Assembly: GCA_963706955.1 (NCBI GenBank)
Contig: CAVPOC010000002.1
Location: 224,001 to 288,000 of the forward strand
Length of the DNA: 64,000 nt
From: an uncultured Verrucomicrobiae bacterium
GTDB taxonomy: Bacteria > Verrucomicrobiota > Verrucomicrobiia > Chthoniobacterales > Terrimicrobiaceae
Reading direction: 5' to 3'
Shown here piece after piece: positions 22,464 to 33,205 of this stretch. Numbering within the stretch: position 1 is the first letter of the stretch; each line of letters opens with the position of its first letter. Position numbers and translations under genes: made by a program. The notes under the pieces were generated by a model that searched no databases, was not told where the DNA came from, and worked only from the letters and a program-made list of their open reading frames with translations.

Positions 22464-23735
22464 ATGTTCTCGATGACTCGAGCGTTTCGGTCGGCGACTC
22501 GATTCTATCTCTTTGTTCTCTCTTTCGGCGCGATCTCCCTGTTTGCTTCCGACGACCTGCGGCCGGGCGATGTGGTGGCGATTTGCGGTGATTCGATTAC
22601 CGAACAGGGCCTCTATTCGGCTTTCATCGAGGCCTACCTGCTCGCGTGTCAACCTGTCAGCGGTGTCCGCACCCACCAATTTGGCTTGAGCGGCGAAACT
22701 TCCTGGGAATTTCTTACCCGCATCGACTCTGACGTCCTGCCGTTTCGGCCGACGGTGGCAACAACGTGTTACGGGATGAACGACGGCGGGTATGGACCGT
22801 TCGACCCGGAACGCGAGATGGGCTATCGACGCGCCACTACTGAGATCGTCCAAAGGTTGAAGCGCGCCGGCGTGCGCCTTATCATTGTCGGTTCGCCCGG
22901 GGTGGTCGACAGCGACGCGTTCGATCAGAACGGCCCGATCTGGACCAACGCCGAAGAATATAATCGCCAAACGCTTCGACGGCTTGCTCAGATTGCCCGG
23001 GAAGTTGCCGCGCAAGAAGGCGTCCGATACGCCGACGTTCATGGAGTTTTTTGGCACGCGATGGAGAGGGCAAAGGCGAAGTTTGGGCCTCGTTACCATG
23101 TCGCAGGTGCCGACGGCGTGCACCCCGCCGCCAATGGTCATCTGATTATTGCTTACGCATTTCTGAAGGCCCTGGGATGCGATGGAAACATCGGGACTTT
23201 CACGGTCGATCTAGCTGCCAGACGGGTAACCGTAAGCGAAGGGCATCGTCTCCTTTCCTTCGCCGATGACAGCGTCAAAATTCAGTCCACCCGCTATCCA
23301 TTCTGCTTCTATGGAGAACCGACCGATCCGGAGAGCACGCGTGGAATTCTCGAGGTGCTCCCCTTTAATGCGGAACTGAATCGGCTCGAGTTGTGGGTTA
23401 CCGGTGCTTCAACACCCCGGCTTAAGGTAACGTGGGGAAACTCGTTCAAAATTTTCCGCGCGGAGGAATTGGCGAAAGGGGTGAACCTAGCCGCCGAGTT
23501 CCTGGACAACCCGTTCAGCGCGCCCTTCCAAGCGGTCGAATATGCCGTCTCCAAGCAGCAGCAGTACGAGGCCCCGCGCGTTCACATCATCGAGGAAAGC
23601 TGGGCGGAAGGATGGCGCAAACAAAAGACAATGCGCGGTGCACCGAGTCTGGAGAAGATCCGGGAATTGGAAGCTGCTGCGCGCGCCGCCGTTAAGCCCG
23701 TTACACACACCCTGACAATCACGCCTGTGCCATAG
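22464..23735 (+). CDS. SGNH/GDSL hydrolase, exported
   Basis: GDSITE, YGMNDG, DGVHP; signal-like N-terminus. Confidence 0.9.
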   Translation: MFSMTRAFRSATRFYLFVLSFGAISLFASDDLRPGDVVAICGDSITEQGLYSAFIEAYLLACQPVSGVRTHQFGLSGETSWEFLTRIDSDVLPFRPTVATTCYGMNDGGYGPFDPEREMGYRRATTEIVQRLKRAGVRLIIVGSPGVVDSDAFDQNGPIWTNAEEYNRQTLRRLAQIAREVAAQEGVRYADVHGVFWHAMERAKAKFGPRYHVAGADGVHPAANGHLIIAYAFLKALGCDGNIGTFTVDLAARRVTVSEGHRLLSFADDSVKIQSTRYPFCFYGEPTDPESTRGILEVLPFNAELNRLELWVTGASTPRLKVTWGNSFKIFRAEELAKGVNLAAEFLDNPFSAPFQAVEYAVSKQQQYEAPRVHIIEESWAEGWRKQKTMRGAPSLEKIRELEAAARAAVKPVTHTLTITPVP

Positions 23736-23790
23736 CGGCGACGATGTCCCCATCGTCACGATCTTCGGCGGCGGGGACGCCGCCGCTACA
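23733..23790. repeat. GTAG-type REP doublet (left unit degenerate)
   Basis: GCGACGATGTCCCCATCGTC ... CGGCGGCGGGGACGCCGCCGCTACA. Confidence 0.7.
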
Positions 23791-23838
23791 GACGCTTGCT
23801 CGCATTACCCACGAGATTGCAGGCGCTCGTGATGACTA

Positions 23839-23930
23839 AGCGCCAACGGCGCGACTTCAACGTCAGCCTGGGGCGGCCGCCCCAGGGACGGTCCAAAGAA
23901 AAGATGAACAGCGCTGAAGGCGCGATTCAT
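23839..23930. repeat. Second REP-like hairpin element
   Basis: GCGCCAACGGCGC, CCTGGGGCGGCCGCCCCAGG and GCGCTGAAGGCGCGATTCA hairpins; the GGCGCGATTCA piece recurs near 20838 and 29657. Confidence 0.5.
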
Positions 23931-23969
23931 CACAGGCCGTGTTCGCCTTGTTGCGCGCGCCCTGCGCCC

Positions 23970-24347
23970 CTAATTCTTCAAGCGATAGCAGACCTCGAGC
24001 CTGTTACCGGCGGGATCTTCGAAGAATACTCCGTAATACGCCTCGGAGCCTTCATAGCTGGGACCTTCGATATTTCGCGCACCGATCTTCCTGAGCACTT
24101 GTGCGATTTCATCGACTTCGGCGATGCTCGGCGCCCAAAAGGCTATTCGATTTTCGTTCGGCCTGTGTCCCGGCGACTGAGTCACACCGAAGAACTCGGT
24201 TGGTCCCTCGCCTTGAGTAGAGAATTGCAACCAGCCGGGAATGTTCATGTCTTCGGTAAAGCCGAGCCGGGGCAGGAGCGCGCCGTAGAACTCTCTAACC
24301 GATGCAAGGTCCGCAACGCGAAGATCAATGTGGTCGAAGCGACGCAT
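23970..24347 (-). CDS. VOC/glyoxalase family protein
   Basis: DHIDLRV, FY..LLPRLGF, FEDPAGNRLE. Confidence 0.9.
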   Translation of the reverse strand: MRRFDHIDLRVADLASVREFYGALLPRLGFTEDMNIPGWLQFSTQGEGPTEFFGVTQSPGHRPNENRIAFWAPSIAEVDEIAQVLRKIGARNIEGPSYEGSEAYYGVFFEDPAGNRLEVCYRLKN

Positions 24348-24361
24348 GCGGAGCTTTCAAG

Positions 24362-25360
24362 TTAGCAGTCGGCGATTGCTCGAGCGACAGGCTCGACCTG
24401 ACCCCGGCACCATTCGGAAAGAAACTCGACGATCCTTCGTTCAGCCCAGCTTTGCTTGCGCGAGAGGGAATCGTAAAAGCCAAGGTGGCCGCCCGCGGTC
24501 GGCGCTTCGAGGAACACGTGTGCGCTCGCCTTCGCTTCCTCGAAAGGAAGACAATTTGGAGTTAAGAACGGGTCATCTTGCGCACTAAGGATGAGGGTCG
24601 GAACGGTAATCGCGCCAAGGAATTGCCGCGAGCTGCACCGCGTCCAGTAGTCACTGGCGTCGCGAAATCCATGGACTGGCGCGGTAAATCGTCCGTCGAA
24701 ATCTTCAAATCCACGAATGCCTTTGGTTTGGCTGGCGTCGATCTGCTCTGGGAAATGCTTCGCCTTGGCCTTTACCTTCCGCACGAGCGTGGCGATCAAT
24801 CGCCGCAGATAAAGGCGGTTGGTCCTCCGTTGGTCGAGCGCACGCGCACTCGCCGTCAGATCGACGGGAGCTGAGATCGCGGCGGCGCAAGCGACCGCGC
24901 TGTGCGGACGAGCTTCACCGAGATATTTGAGGACGAGGTTTCCACCCAGGCTGAAGCCGATCAAAGCGATTCGCGAAAAGCGGCGGGCCGCGTGCTCAAT
25001 GACGAGCGCCAGATCTGCCTGTCTCTCCGCTATGGTAAAGGCGTGGTAGGCGATTTAGTTCTCCGCTGCAGCCGCGATAATTCCACGCAAGGACGTTCCA
25101 GCCGCTCGCTGCAGCGTCCGGGCCATGCCGCAGATGGTGGCGTCCTGGGAAGATCCTTCCAACCCATGTGAAAGGATTGCCAGATCGCAGCCGAGAGCTG
25201 GCAACCAGTCTAAATCCAGAAAATCGCCATCGGCAAGTTCCAGCCTTTCGCGCTGATATGGCAGACGCATCTTCCTCCTGGAGATAACTGGCAGCAGCGT
25301 TTGCAGGTGCGCGTTGCGCAACAGAAAGGGCGGATGGAACTGCGAGCGAATGACCGGCAT
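24362..25360 (-). CDS. YheT-like alpha/beta hydrolase (frameshifts)
   Basis: NAHLQT, DGDFLDLDW, HGLEGSS, GFSLGG, AQDDPF, GGHLGF. Confidence 0.88.
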
Positions 25361-25460
25361 CTTAGAAAGCTTCTCTACTCTAGCGTTCGGCGCATCCCGC
25401 CGGAAGCCATATTCCCGAAACGGTGCTACGAAGAAGCGTAACAGTGTCGACTTCTCTTGT

Positions 25461-25491
25461 TGTGGAGGCGGTTGTGCCAACCGCCCCTACA
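25461..25491 (-). repeat. Single GTAG-type REP of a different subfamily
   Basis: Minus strand reads TGTAGGGGCGGTTGGCACAACCGCC, a GTAG followed by a hairpin. Confidence 0.5.
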
Positions 25492-25512
25492 ATGAAGTGC
25501 CACAGGCCGCCT

Positions 25513-26612
25513 CTACTTTACGTCGATGATGGTGTTCTTTTCGACAAGCTCGCTCATGAGAAAAGCATCCCAATTGGACATTCGAATGCAGCCGTGGCTT
25601 TCGTTTCGTCCGATCTGATCCGGGTGGGGCGTTCCATGCATGCCCACACTGGGTTTGTTGATGGCCATCCAGACGACCCCGACTGGGTTGTTGGGCCCGG
25701 GGGGCAGGTTGTAGGCATTGTCGCTGCGGACCCCATTTTCCAGAACCGACTTGTCCCAGCGAAAGTAGGGCATGAGGACATTCGCTGGTCACTTTCCATT
25801 GCCCGTCCGGAACCGGCACCTCGCGCGACCCCGGAGTGCAGGGAAAGCAGGCGACCAAGCGATCACCTTCATAGAGCTCAATGAGTCGCTCAGCACGGAG
25901 GAGTTCCAAGCGCCGAATCGGAGTCTCTCCACCCGAAGCCGGTGTTGCCGACGCGGTTCCATTCTCGGCCGGCGAGGGAGATGGCGCAGCTGCTTGCGAG
26001 GAATCGTCCTGCTGTTCTCTGGAACCTTTTTTCGCTTTCTCCTCCTCCTTGCGCTGCTTTTCAAGTGCTACGACTTTGGCGATTTCAAATTCGGTGACAT
26101 CCGGCACGCGCAAGACTGAGCCTACGGTCAGCTCGCCCTTGGGAGCCTTCCCATTGAGCTCGCGCAAAAAATCCAAGTCGCAGTGGAATCGTTCGGCGAC
26201 AAGCTCCCACAGGTCCGCATAGAGCATCGCCTTGAGCGTTTCTTGCTCCGGCGGGCTCCGAGGCCTGCGGGCCTATCCAATCCAAATCCTCTTTGGTAAT
26301 GGTGTAGTCGCGATAGGGCGCGGAGATGCTCGAAACGTCCAGGCGGGTTCCCTCGGGCAGACCGTTCGCGCGGCAGTAGCGATCCGCCGCCTTTTGCGTG
26401 AACTCTCCACCGAGCCCGTCGATCTTGCCTGGTCGAAAGTTCGCGCGGTCCAAAAAGATCTGCACGCGCACCATCTCCATGCGTTCTGCTGAATCGGGCG
26501 ATTGCTTCTGCAACCGGGCGATCTGCGCCTTCAACGGCGTCTTGGCATCCAGCTCGATCCCCGCACCGCACAGGAGCGCGGCAAACAAGATTAGTCGGAA
26601 TCTGGAAAGCAT
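25513..26612 (-). CDS. L,D-transpeptidase (YkuD family) with peptidoglycan-binding/LysM-like regions (frameshifts)
   Basis: QIFLDR..F.PGKIDG, LVAERFH, PPGPNNPVG, GMHGT, SHGCIRM. Confidence 0.9.
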
Positions 26613-26861
26613 TGAGCGCAGGGCAAACGTTTTGTCCCTGCCGCAGGGGATGCCGCTGCAATCCGCAGTGCGCGTGGATCTGGGGTGGTCTTTCAATGGA
26701 AGATCTCGTTTACGGTCACGAGTTTATCGAATTTCGTGCGTGATGGGGATGCCTGGATGGGGACGCCGAAATTCCGTGGCAAGAGCGACACTACTCCTTC
26801 ACTTTCGAAGGAAACGCCGCGACTCGAGTTAAACGCTGAACTCAGCGAGCTTGCGGCTTCA

Positions 26862-28147
26862 CTACGGCCGGCGTCGATTCGGAGAGCCTGCCTGCGAGGA
26901 GCGAGATCTTCGAACCTCCAGAACGACCCAGCTGAGAAACATCAAGACGAATGAGACAATCAGCGGTGTCTTTTCGTCGATCGCCTGCAAGCCTCCGCCG
27001 AGGAAAGAAATCGTGCCGAAAGCGAATGCGTTTATGGCAGCGGTAATGCCCATGATCTCTCCCTTGGTATCCTCGGTCGAGAGATCGGTAAACAGAATGA
27101 TGAGCGCGCCAAACGAGACAGCAGTGGCAACGGATATCGGAAGGATAATCATCCATTGCGCGATCATACTCGGTGCGAAGGTGCTCACGACGATGAAGGC
27201 TGCGGTTGCGAGAAGGCTTCCGCTGGTGATCGCGTGCGCTGAAAAACGCTTCGTCAGAACAGGCATCGCCAAAGCAAAGCTGATGCAGAATCCGATTCCC
27301 ATGACTGCCATGAAGAGACTGGCATCCGTCACCGAGGCGTCAAAGCGATCCATTACGAAGTGGGCGACGAAAAAGAAGTATGCTCCCCAAGCCATCTCTT
27401 GAAGCAGGAAAACGCTGGAAACCCTCCGCAGGCCGGGCCGCTGGAATGCATGCGCCAGACTGTGCAATCCACTCAGCAGAGAAAGAGGCGTCTCGCTTCT
27501 GGGCCGAAGTTAGGCGCGGCGGTTCGCGAAAGAGGAACAGAAGCAGGCAAAAATTTAGCACGGCGAGAGCTACTGTGGCGAGGAGCGGGGTCTGTGTGTT
27601 GAACCAGGGCATAATGCTGCTGTCGGACAACAACCCACTGAGGGCGGGGCCCACCACGAAGCCAACCGAAGACGCAAGTAATCCCATGCTCAGCCAAAAA
27701 TCGCGCTTCTCGGGCGCGGAGACATCGACGAGCGCAGCCAGCGAAATCGGCTGGCTGGCCGCGGTCATGCCGCCGAGAGCTCGGCCGACCATTACGAGAA
27801 TGATCGAACCGAGCGCAAAGGCGCTGCTGAGTATTGTGTAGCTCAAGACGATTCCTACCGCACAAATCAGCAGCATCCGCTTACGTCCGACACGATCGGA
27901 AAGCTGGCCCAGGATCGGTGCACCGAAAAACATCATCATCGGGTAGAGTCCCGTGGCGACTCCGTAGATAATGTAGCGAGCATCTTCGCTTAACCCCGCG
28001 CCAATAGCCGCTGTCGAGTCTGGCGCGAGCTCCGCCGCCAGCAGCGGAGTCAGCATTGCGAAGCCCATCGAGTCGATCAGGACGATCAGCAGGAGGGGCA
28101 ACGCCGCCGCCGGTGAGGAAGCTTTCGCTTGTTCGCGGCGGAGTCAT
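26862..28147 (-). CDS. MFS transporter, TetA/DHA1-like (frameshift near 27470)
   Basis: IDSMGFA, GAPILGQLSDRVGRK, GFVVGPALSG; about 12 hydrophobic segments over two ORFs. Confidence 0.88.
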
Positions 28148-28235
28148 TCCTGAAGTGGGAAGGCAGGCGCCTTCATCGAAAGAGCTCGCTCATACAAACG
28201 GAGGCAAATTCAGGACGCGGTGGAAACGCGCCCAG

Positions 28236-29192
28236 CTACCATTCCAGCCCGGCATCCTGCCAACGCTTGAGCTTCTCAGGCTCAGTCGATGCGAACGCTC
28301 CACGGTAGTCACCTTCGGAGTATTTGAGATTCATAGCGCGCACCCCGCCCTGGACCACGCGAATCGAACCGGACTTCGCCTGCTTAAAATCGTCGCTGGC
28401 TCGATGGATAATACCCAAAGTGCTGTGAGGCAAGAACGGCTCTACCAGGCAGCCTTTTTCTGCATCATACATGGGAAACGCCTGATGGCACATCCAGTTG
28501 CACGTGCTCGGCAGGAACTCGATGCCGTTCTCAATGTGTTCCTCGAGATTCTCAAAAATCTCCAGATTGAACGAACATTGCTCGACGTGAAAATTCGGTT
28601 CCTTCTCCAAGGCACGCCGAATGCGATCGTCGACGCGGTCCCAAATAACCGACTTCGCTGGCATGGCAAACACGCCAGTATTGATGATCGGATAATCGCG
28701 ATACTTCTCAGCGTAATCCGAGCCGTGCAAATCCTTATAGATCTTTGTCAGGAACTGACGGAACGACTTCGAATTTCTGTAATTGGATTTGTAGGAACGA
28801 TCGATCTCCGGCGTCACGGCCATGACGCCTTTGCGGGCGCCGGCAATGTAGAGCTCGACCGCAAACCAGTCCTGGATCCAAGCGTCCGCGTCGATATGAA
28901 AATAGACTTCGTAGCCGGGGAAATATTTGCGGACATGCAAGCGCGCCAGCAGCGCCTTGAACCCGATCGGGAAGCCGGACGACGCGCTCAGCCCGTACTC
29001 CCAGTCGGGATTGGCCACGGTCACCTTCTGATCTTCGAGCCACTCGATCTGTGCGGGGGACATCCCGAGGTCCACGACCGAGATGTCAATGGTCGAGCCC
29101 TGCGGCTTTTCTCGGACGGAAAGGACCAAGCCTTGGAAGAAGTGAAAAAACTCGGCGTTGCAGCCGCTCGTAATGGTAGTCGTATTGCCCAT
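28236..29192 (-). CDS. Putative GT-A fold glycosyltransferase-like protein
   Basis: DLGM, YFPGY..YFHIDADAW (DxD), INTGVF, EQ..FN, NW motifs reminiscent of GT8-like enzymes. Confidence 0.6.
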   Translation of the reverse strand: MGNTTTITSGCNAEFFHFFQGLVLSVREKPQGSTIDISVVDLGMSPAQIEWLEDQKVTVANPDWEYGLSASSGFPIGFKALLARLHVRKYFPGYEVYFHIDADAWIQDWFAVELYIAGARKGVMAVTPEIDRSYKSNYRNSKSFRQFLTKIYKDLHGSDYAEKYRDYPIINTGVFAMPAKSVIWDRVDDRIRRALEKEPNFHVEQCSFNLEIFENLEEHIENGIEFLPSTCNWMCHQAFPMYDAEKGCLVEPFLPHSTLGIIHRASDDFKQAKSGSIRVVQGGVRAMNLKYSEGDYRGAFASTEPEKLKRWQDAGLEW

Positions 29193-29763
29193 ACTCGATG
29201 AGAAAGGTGGGAGGATTCGAAACTGGCGGACTCTTTCACATCAGGGCGCGAAAAGAATGTCAAAGTGATGAATGGACCAACACGGGGTAAACGGCTTGGC
29301 CCAAACTTCCCAGCCCTCGAGACCGCATGGCAGCAGGGCCGCGATGTGACAAGCCCCACTGCGGTCTAAGAGATTATATAGGCGACCGCGAAGAGTGTAG
29401 GGGAGCTTGTGTCAAGCGGCAACGAAAGCCACAGGCGCTTGGCAAGCGTCTCCACAAATGGCTTCTCGTGACCGGCACCCTGTTATAACACGACTGCCCC
29501 TGATCGGGTAAAGCGCCACGGGCGCGGCTTGAATCGTTAACCCGGGGGCCAACCGTCCGAGGTATCGGTGTCACCGCCGCATTGATCGCCTCCGCCGACG
29601 ACAATTTCAGCCCGGGAAATCGCCAGGTCCGCGCAACAAATCACAAAGCAGCCTGAGGCGCGATTCACTCAAACACGTACGCTGACTGACTTGAAAGCTT
29701 CTTTTCCAGTCCGTTGCTACGATGAGAATTGCCACATCGTCGCTCGGTTCGGAATATCGGGCC

Positions 29764-30401
29764 ATGTTTATCGAAAACGTAAGCCGTTCCGTTGAGGCCG
29801 GAGCTGAGAACCTGCGAAGAGCGCTCCTACGCTTAGTTTACGAGAGCCGGGGAATTCATCTGCCGCCGTAGCTTTTCGCTGGGCAGAGGCACCCGGCTCG
29901 TCTCTGCTGGCCAAATGCGACGCCGAAATAAGAAATGGTCTGAACCTTGGCGACTATAACCTGCTAAAAGTTTACGAGCCGTCGAGAATCGTCTTGGGTG
30001 AGAACTTCACCACGCGGAGAAGTTGTATTTTTCAGCTCTTCGGAGGCGAGTTGGCCATCGGCGACAACGTCTTTTTTAACAATCATTGCTCCGTTACTTG
30101 CTTTGGAAAAATCGAAATTGGCGACAACACGTTCTTTGGAGAAGGGGTGAAAATGTACGACCACAACCACAAGCATGAGTTCCGGGAAACCGGCCTCTAC
30201 GCCTTCCCAACGGAATTCAAAATCGGGCAGATCAAGATCGGAAGAAACTGCTGGGTGGCGAGCAACGTGACGATCTTAAATAACGTGACGATCGGCGACA
30301 ACGTGATCGTCGGAGCAGGTTGCCTGATTCACAAGGCAGTTCCCTCCAATACCATCGTCATGCGAAAAGAAGAACTTATCTTCAAACAGGCAAAACAATA
30401 A
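29764..30401 (+). CDS. Hexapeptide-repeat acyltransferase (5' part frameshifted, start uncertain)
   Basis: IGDNVFFN, IEIGDN, DHNH, IKIGRNCWVASNVTIL..VTIGDNVIVGAG. Confidence 0.8.
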
Positions 30402-30477
30402 AGATTGTCGCGGCCGTGTCCCATCGCTACGCAGTCGTGCCGCGCCGGATCGGGCTCACGGCCGACCCACCTTAGGG

Positions 30478-31169
30478 TTAGGGATTCCTCCTGTCGCAGA
30501 CGAAAACCCAGTTTTCGGTTCGCCCGAACGATATCGGGCAGAACTCGGTTTTGCCGACCAGCGACTCCATTTTCCTAAACAGATCTTGGCATTCAGTTCG
30601 CACCTCTTGGTTATGAATGGCGACATTAAAAAAGCAAATTCCCTGAGGCGCTAAGAGTCGGCCCAATCCTCGCGAGAAATTCCTCTTGTTTGAATTGTTG
30701 CGGAACCTCGACGCCCACGAAAACATCCACCACGATCAGGTCGAACTGCTGATCACACCGCGCAACGAAAGCGCCGGCATCCTCCAGGTGCAGCGAAAGG
30801 TCTTTGTATCGCTCTATCCGAAAATACTTCTTCGCCAGATTCGATCACCACGGGATCCTTCTCGACGCCAGTGAGATGAACTGCCTTCTTATATTCTTCA
30901 CACAAGATACTGGCCACGCTGCCTGCTCCGAAGCCGAGGATGAGCGCATTGGCGATTTCCCTTTCCTGGACATCGAACTGGGAAAAAGCCTCGCGAAAGA
31001 CTGCATCGAGTCCTCCAAATGAGTAATTAACACGGACCGCATCGAGGACGTATCGACCTTTGGAGAGGTAAATTTCAAGCCGTGGCGTGACCACGCCTAT
31101 TCGTTCTTCGACCTTCATCGGCGCAATGAAACTGGCGAAGAACCGCAGAAGATTCGCTGTCTGATTCAT
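30478..31169 (-). CDS. SAM-dependent methyltransferase, spermidine synthase-like (frameshifts)
   Basis: NYSFGGL, LILGFGAGS, GVEKDP, LAPQGICFFN. Confidence 0.8.
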
Positions 31170-31170
31170 T

Positions 31171-31196
31171 TGTAGCGACGATGTCCTCATCGTCGA
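31171..31196 (+). repeat. Single GTAG-type REP
   Basis: TGTAGCGACGATGTCCTCATCGTCG. Confidence 0.7.
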
Positions 31197-31254
31197 CGAT
31201 GGCATCGAGCGGTTCAACCCTTACCCGAGCATCACTCATGGAGTGACATCTTGC

Positions 31255-32679
31255 TCAGAGTTCAGCGGCAATCCGCGGAATTACGCATTCCAATAGGGCG
31301 GTCAATCGCCCCGGCAGCTGCTGTCCGAACGAAAGCACGTCATTATGCGCGATCTGCTGCGTCTCCACACCAGCTGCAATATTCGTGATTGCGCAGGTTG
31401 CCAGGACGCGAATTCCCAAGTGCCGCGCGGCGATGACCTCCGGGACGACCGACATTCCAACGAGGTCAGCTCCCTGGTTGCGCAGCGAGCGGACTTCGGC
31501 GGGCGTCTCGTAGCTTGGTCCGGTGTGCCCGGCGAAAACGCCCTCAAGGAGAGAAAATCCAAGATTCTCGGCGCTCGAGCGGGCGATTTCTCGGTATCTT
31601 CGGTTGTAGACCTCGCTCATATCCGCGAAACGGGAGCCTAGTCGTTCGTCCGAAGAGCCCACCATCGGATTGCTTCCGAGCAGATTGATGTGGTCGGAGA
31701 GAAGAACGAGGCTTCCGGGCGTGAATGCCGGATTTATGCCGGCGGCAGCAGAGGTAAACACCAGCGAGCAAATTCCCATTCGCGCGAGAATCCGGATCGG
31801 GAATACAACCGCATCGAGTCCCAGGCCTTCGTAATGGTGGAGGCGACCGCAGAGCACGGTGAGCGGCACGTCGGCGAGTTTTCCAATTATTAAGTGGCCT
31901 ACGCGGCTTGAGCGGTTCACATGCGGAAAGTGGGGGATTGTCTCATATTTTACGGTCGTCACTTCCGTCAGCCGATCGGCAATCTTGTCAAAAGCGGTCC
32001 CCAAAAGAAGGGCGATCCGCGGTCGGAACGCCGTCTGGTTCTCGATGAAACGGGCGGCTTCTTCCGCTCGCGCAAAGCTTCCTTGAAGCGCAGCAGCGGT
32101 TTTTTTCGTCTTCTCGACGCCACTCGGACCGGGGCTTGCGATGGTGTCGGGCGGCGGGAACATCGGCTCGACGAGCTCCTCGGCGATAATGGGCAATTGT
32201 GCGCCCTGCTTCGGGAAGCGCCGACGGTGTTGTCCCGTTAAGAATGCAAAGAGGCGTTTGTAACCCAACGGGCTGTCCAACAGGAAACTGGTAGCACCCT
32301 TAAGCGGCGACGGGATAAATTTTCTTTCAGAATCGGTAAAGACGACAGGAACAAACTTGATCGTGTTGAGCTTGTTCTCGTAAAGAGCATTGTAGATAAG
32401 GTTAGCCTCCCAGCAGACTCCCTGGCCGACATCGTTCGGCACCTTCTGCCGCACCTTGTTCCAATACAGTTCCGTGCAGACAAGTAGCACGTAATCGGCG
32501 CTCTCAATCCTGTCCTCCATCCAAATAGGCCACGGAATTTTCTCTTCATCGTCGCCGCGATTCTGGTCGATGAAAACCGTCAGACCATCTCGCATCAAGG
32601 ACGCGGCCAGCCGAAGAACGTTGTGGCTATGCTCCGGATTCGCCGGATCATGGCTGTAGCTTACGAAGACGCTCGGCAT
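31255..32679 (-). CDS. SEFIR/TIR domain fused to a purine nucleoside phosphorylase (PunA/XapA type)
   Basis: One open frame. N-terminus VFVSYSHD, VFIDQ, W..WM..I..AD.VL.VCT, GVCWEA, KFVPVVF. C-terminus GRLHHYEG, DHIN, GPSYETPAE, ADLVGMS..PE, ITN.A. Confidence 0.9.
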   Translation of the reverse strand: MPSVFVSYSHDPANPEHSHNVLRLAASLMRDGLTVFIDQNRGDDEEKIPWPIWMEDRIESADYVLLVCTELYWNKVRQKVPNDVGQGVCWEANLIYNALYENKLNTIKFVPVVFTDSERKFIPSPLKGATSFLLDSPLGYKRLFAFLTGQHRRRFPKQGAQLPIIAEELVEPMFPPPDTIASPGPSGVEKTKKTAAALQGSFARAEEAARFIENQTAFRPRIALLLGTAFDKIADRLTEVTTVKYETIPHFPHVNRSSRVGHLIIGKLADVPLTVLCGRLHHYEGLGLDAVVFPIRILARMGICSLVFTSAAAGINPAFTPGSLVLLSDHINLLGSNPMVGSSDERLGSRFADMSEVYNRRYREIARSSAENLGFSLLEGVFAGHTGPSYETPAEVRSLRNQGADLVGMSVVPEVIAARHLGIRVLATCAITNIAAGVETQQIAHNDVLSFGQQLPGRLTALLECVIPRIAAEL

Positions 32680-32848
32680 TTCTCCTCCATAGCACACGTG
32701 GATGCTCCGGCACGATTGGCTTCTTTAACGATGCTCCCAAGGGAGCATTAACCTTCCTCCTCGGTCTCCACCTTGAACCGACTCCCTGCTTGGGTTATCA
32801 GAGAGTTCGGCACCCGTAGCTCAGTGGATAGAGCACCGGTCTTCTAAA
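32495..32848. repeat. Direct repeat copy 1 (SEFIR 5' end, promoter region and tRNA 5' half)
   Basis: Aligns with 39038..39393: near-identical around the start codon and tRNA, diverged further into the SEFIR codons. Confidence 0.92.
32810..32848 (+). pseudogene. 5' half of tRNA-Arg(TCT), putative att junction
   Basis: GCACCCGTAGCTCAGTGGATAGAGCACCGGTCTTCTAAA is identical to 39355..39393, then diverges just after the anticodon loop. Confidence 0.9.
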
Positions 32849-32849
32849 T

Positions 32850-33060
32850 CCGTTTCTGGTATTTTACCCTCATTTAGACGAACTCGGACAGCTTCGGACT
32901 GCTCGCTTGGCATAAGGATCGGCTTTGGATTTGGAACGGACTGATGCTGACAGCAGAGGTCCCAATCCCAATCGGCGTTAGTTTCCCTACGCCAAAGGAA
33001 GACAAATTTTTTGACAATGGCACCGGCTGTTTTTGAAAATTCCTGAAGGCTGGCATGCTA
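32850..33060. repeat. Island left-end non-coding sequence, diverged copy at about 36185..36410
   Basis: Shared CCTCATTTAGAC, GGACAGCTTYGGACTG, CGGACTGA, CCCAAT and GTTTTTGAA blocks in the same order and similar spacing. Confidence 0.65.
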
Positions 33061-33205
33061 GAAAGGCAGAACGGCCCTCTTTCTATATTCTCAAAAGCAG
33101 TGCGAGGACTGGCAGGAGTGAGCTTTCACCCGATATACTTCGTGAAGAGCGTTCAGGACATCCCTTTCAGGCCGAGGAGCTCTTGCGGAGTTTTAGGCAG
33201 TTGCG

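Noticed and set aside
28056..29201. Long antisense ORFs (also 7440..8363, 8696..9733 and 45183..46022)
   Set aside because: They are shadows of recognisable genes on the opposite strand in GC-rich DNA.
26700..31254. A further tRNA-Arg 5' remnant left of the SEFIR-PNP gene, which would make that gene part of an older island
   Set aside because: I found no match to GCACCCGTAGCTCAG by eye, so the gene's own mobility is unproven.
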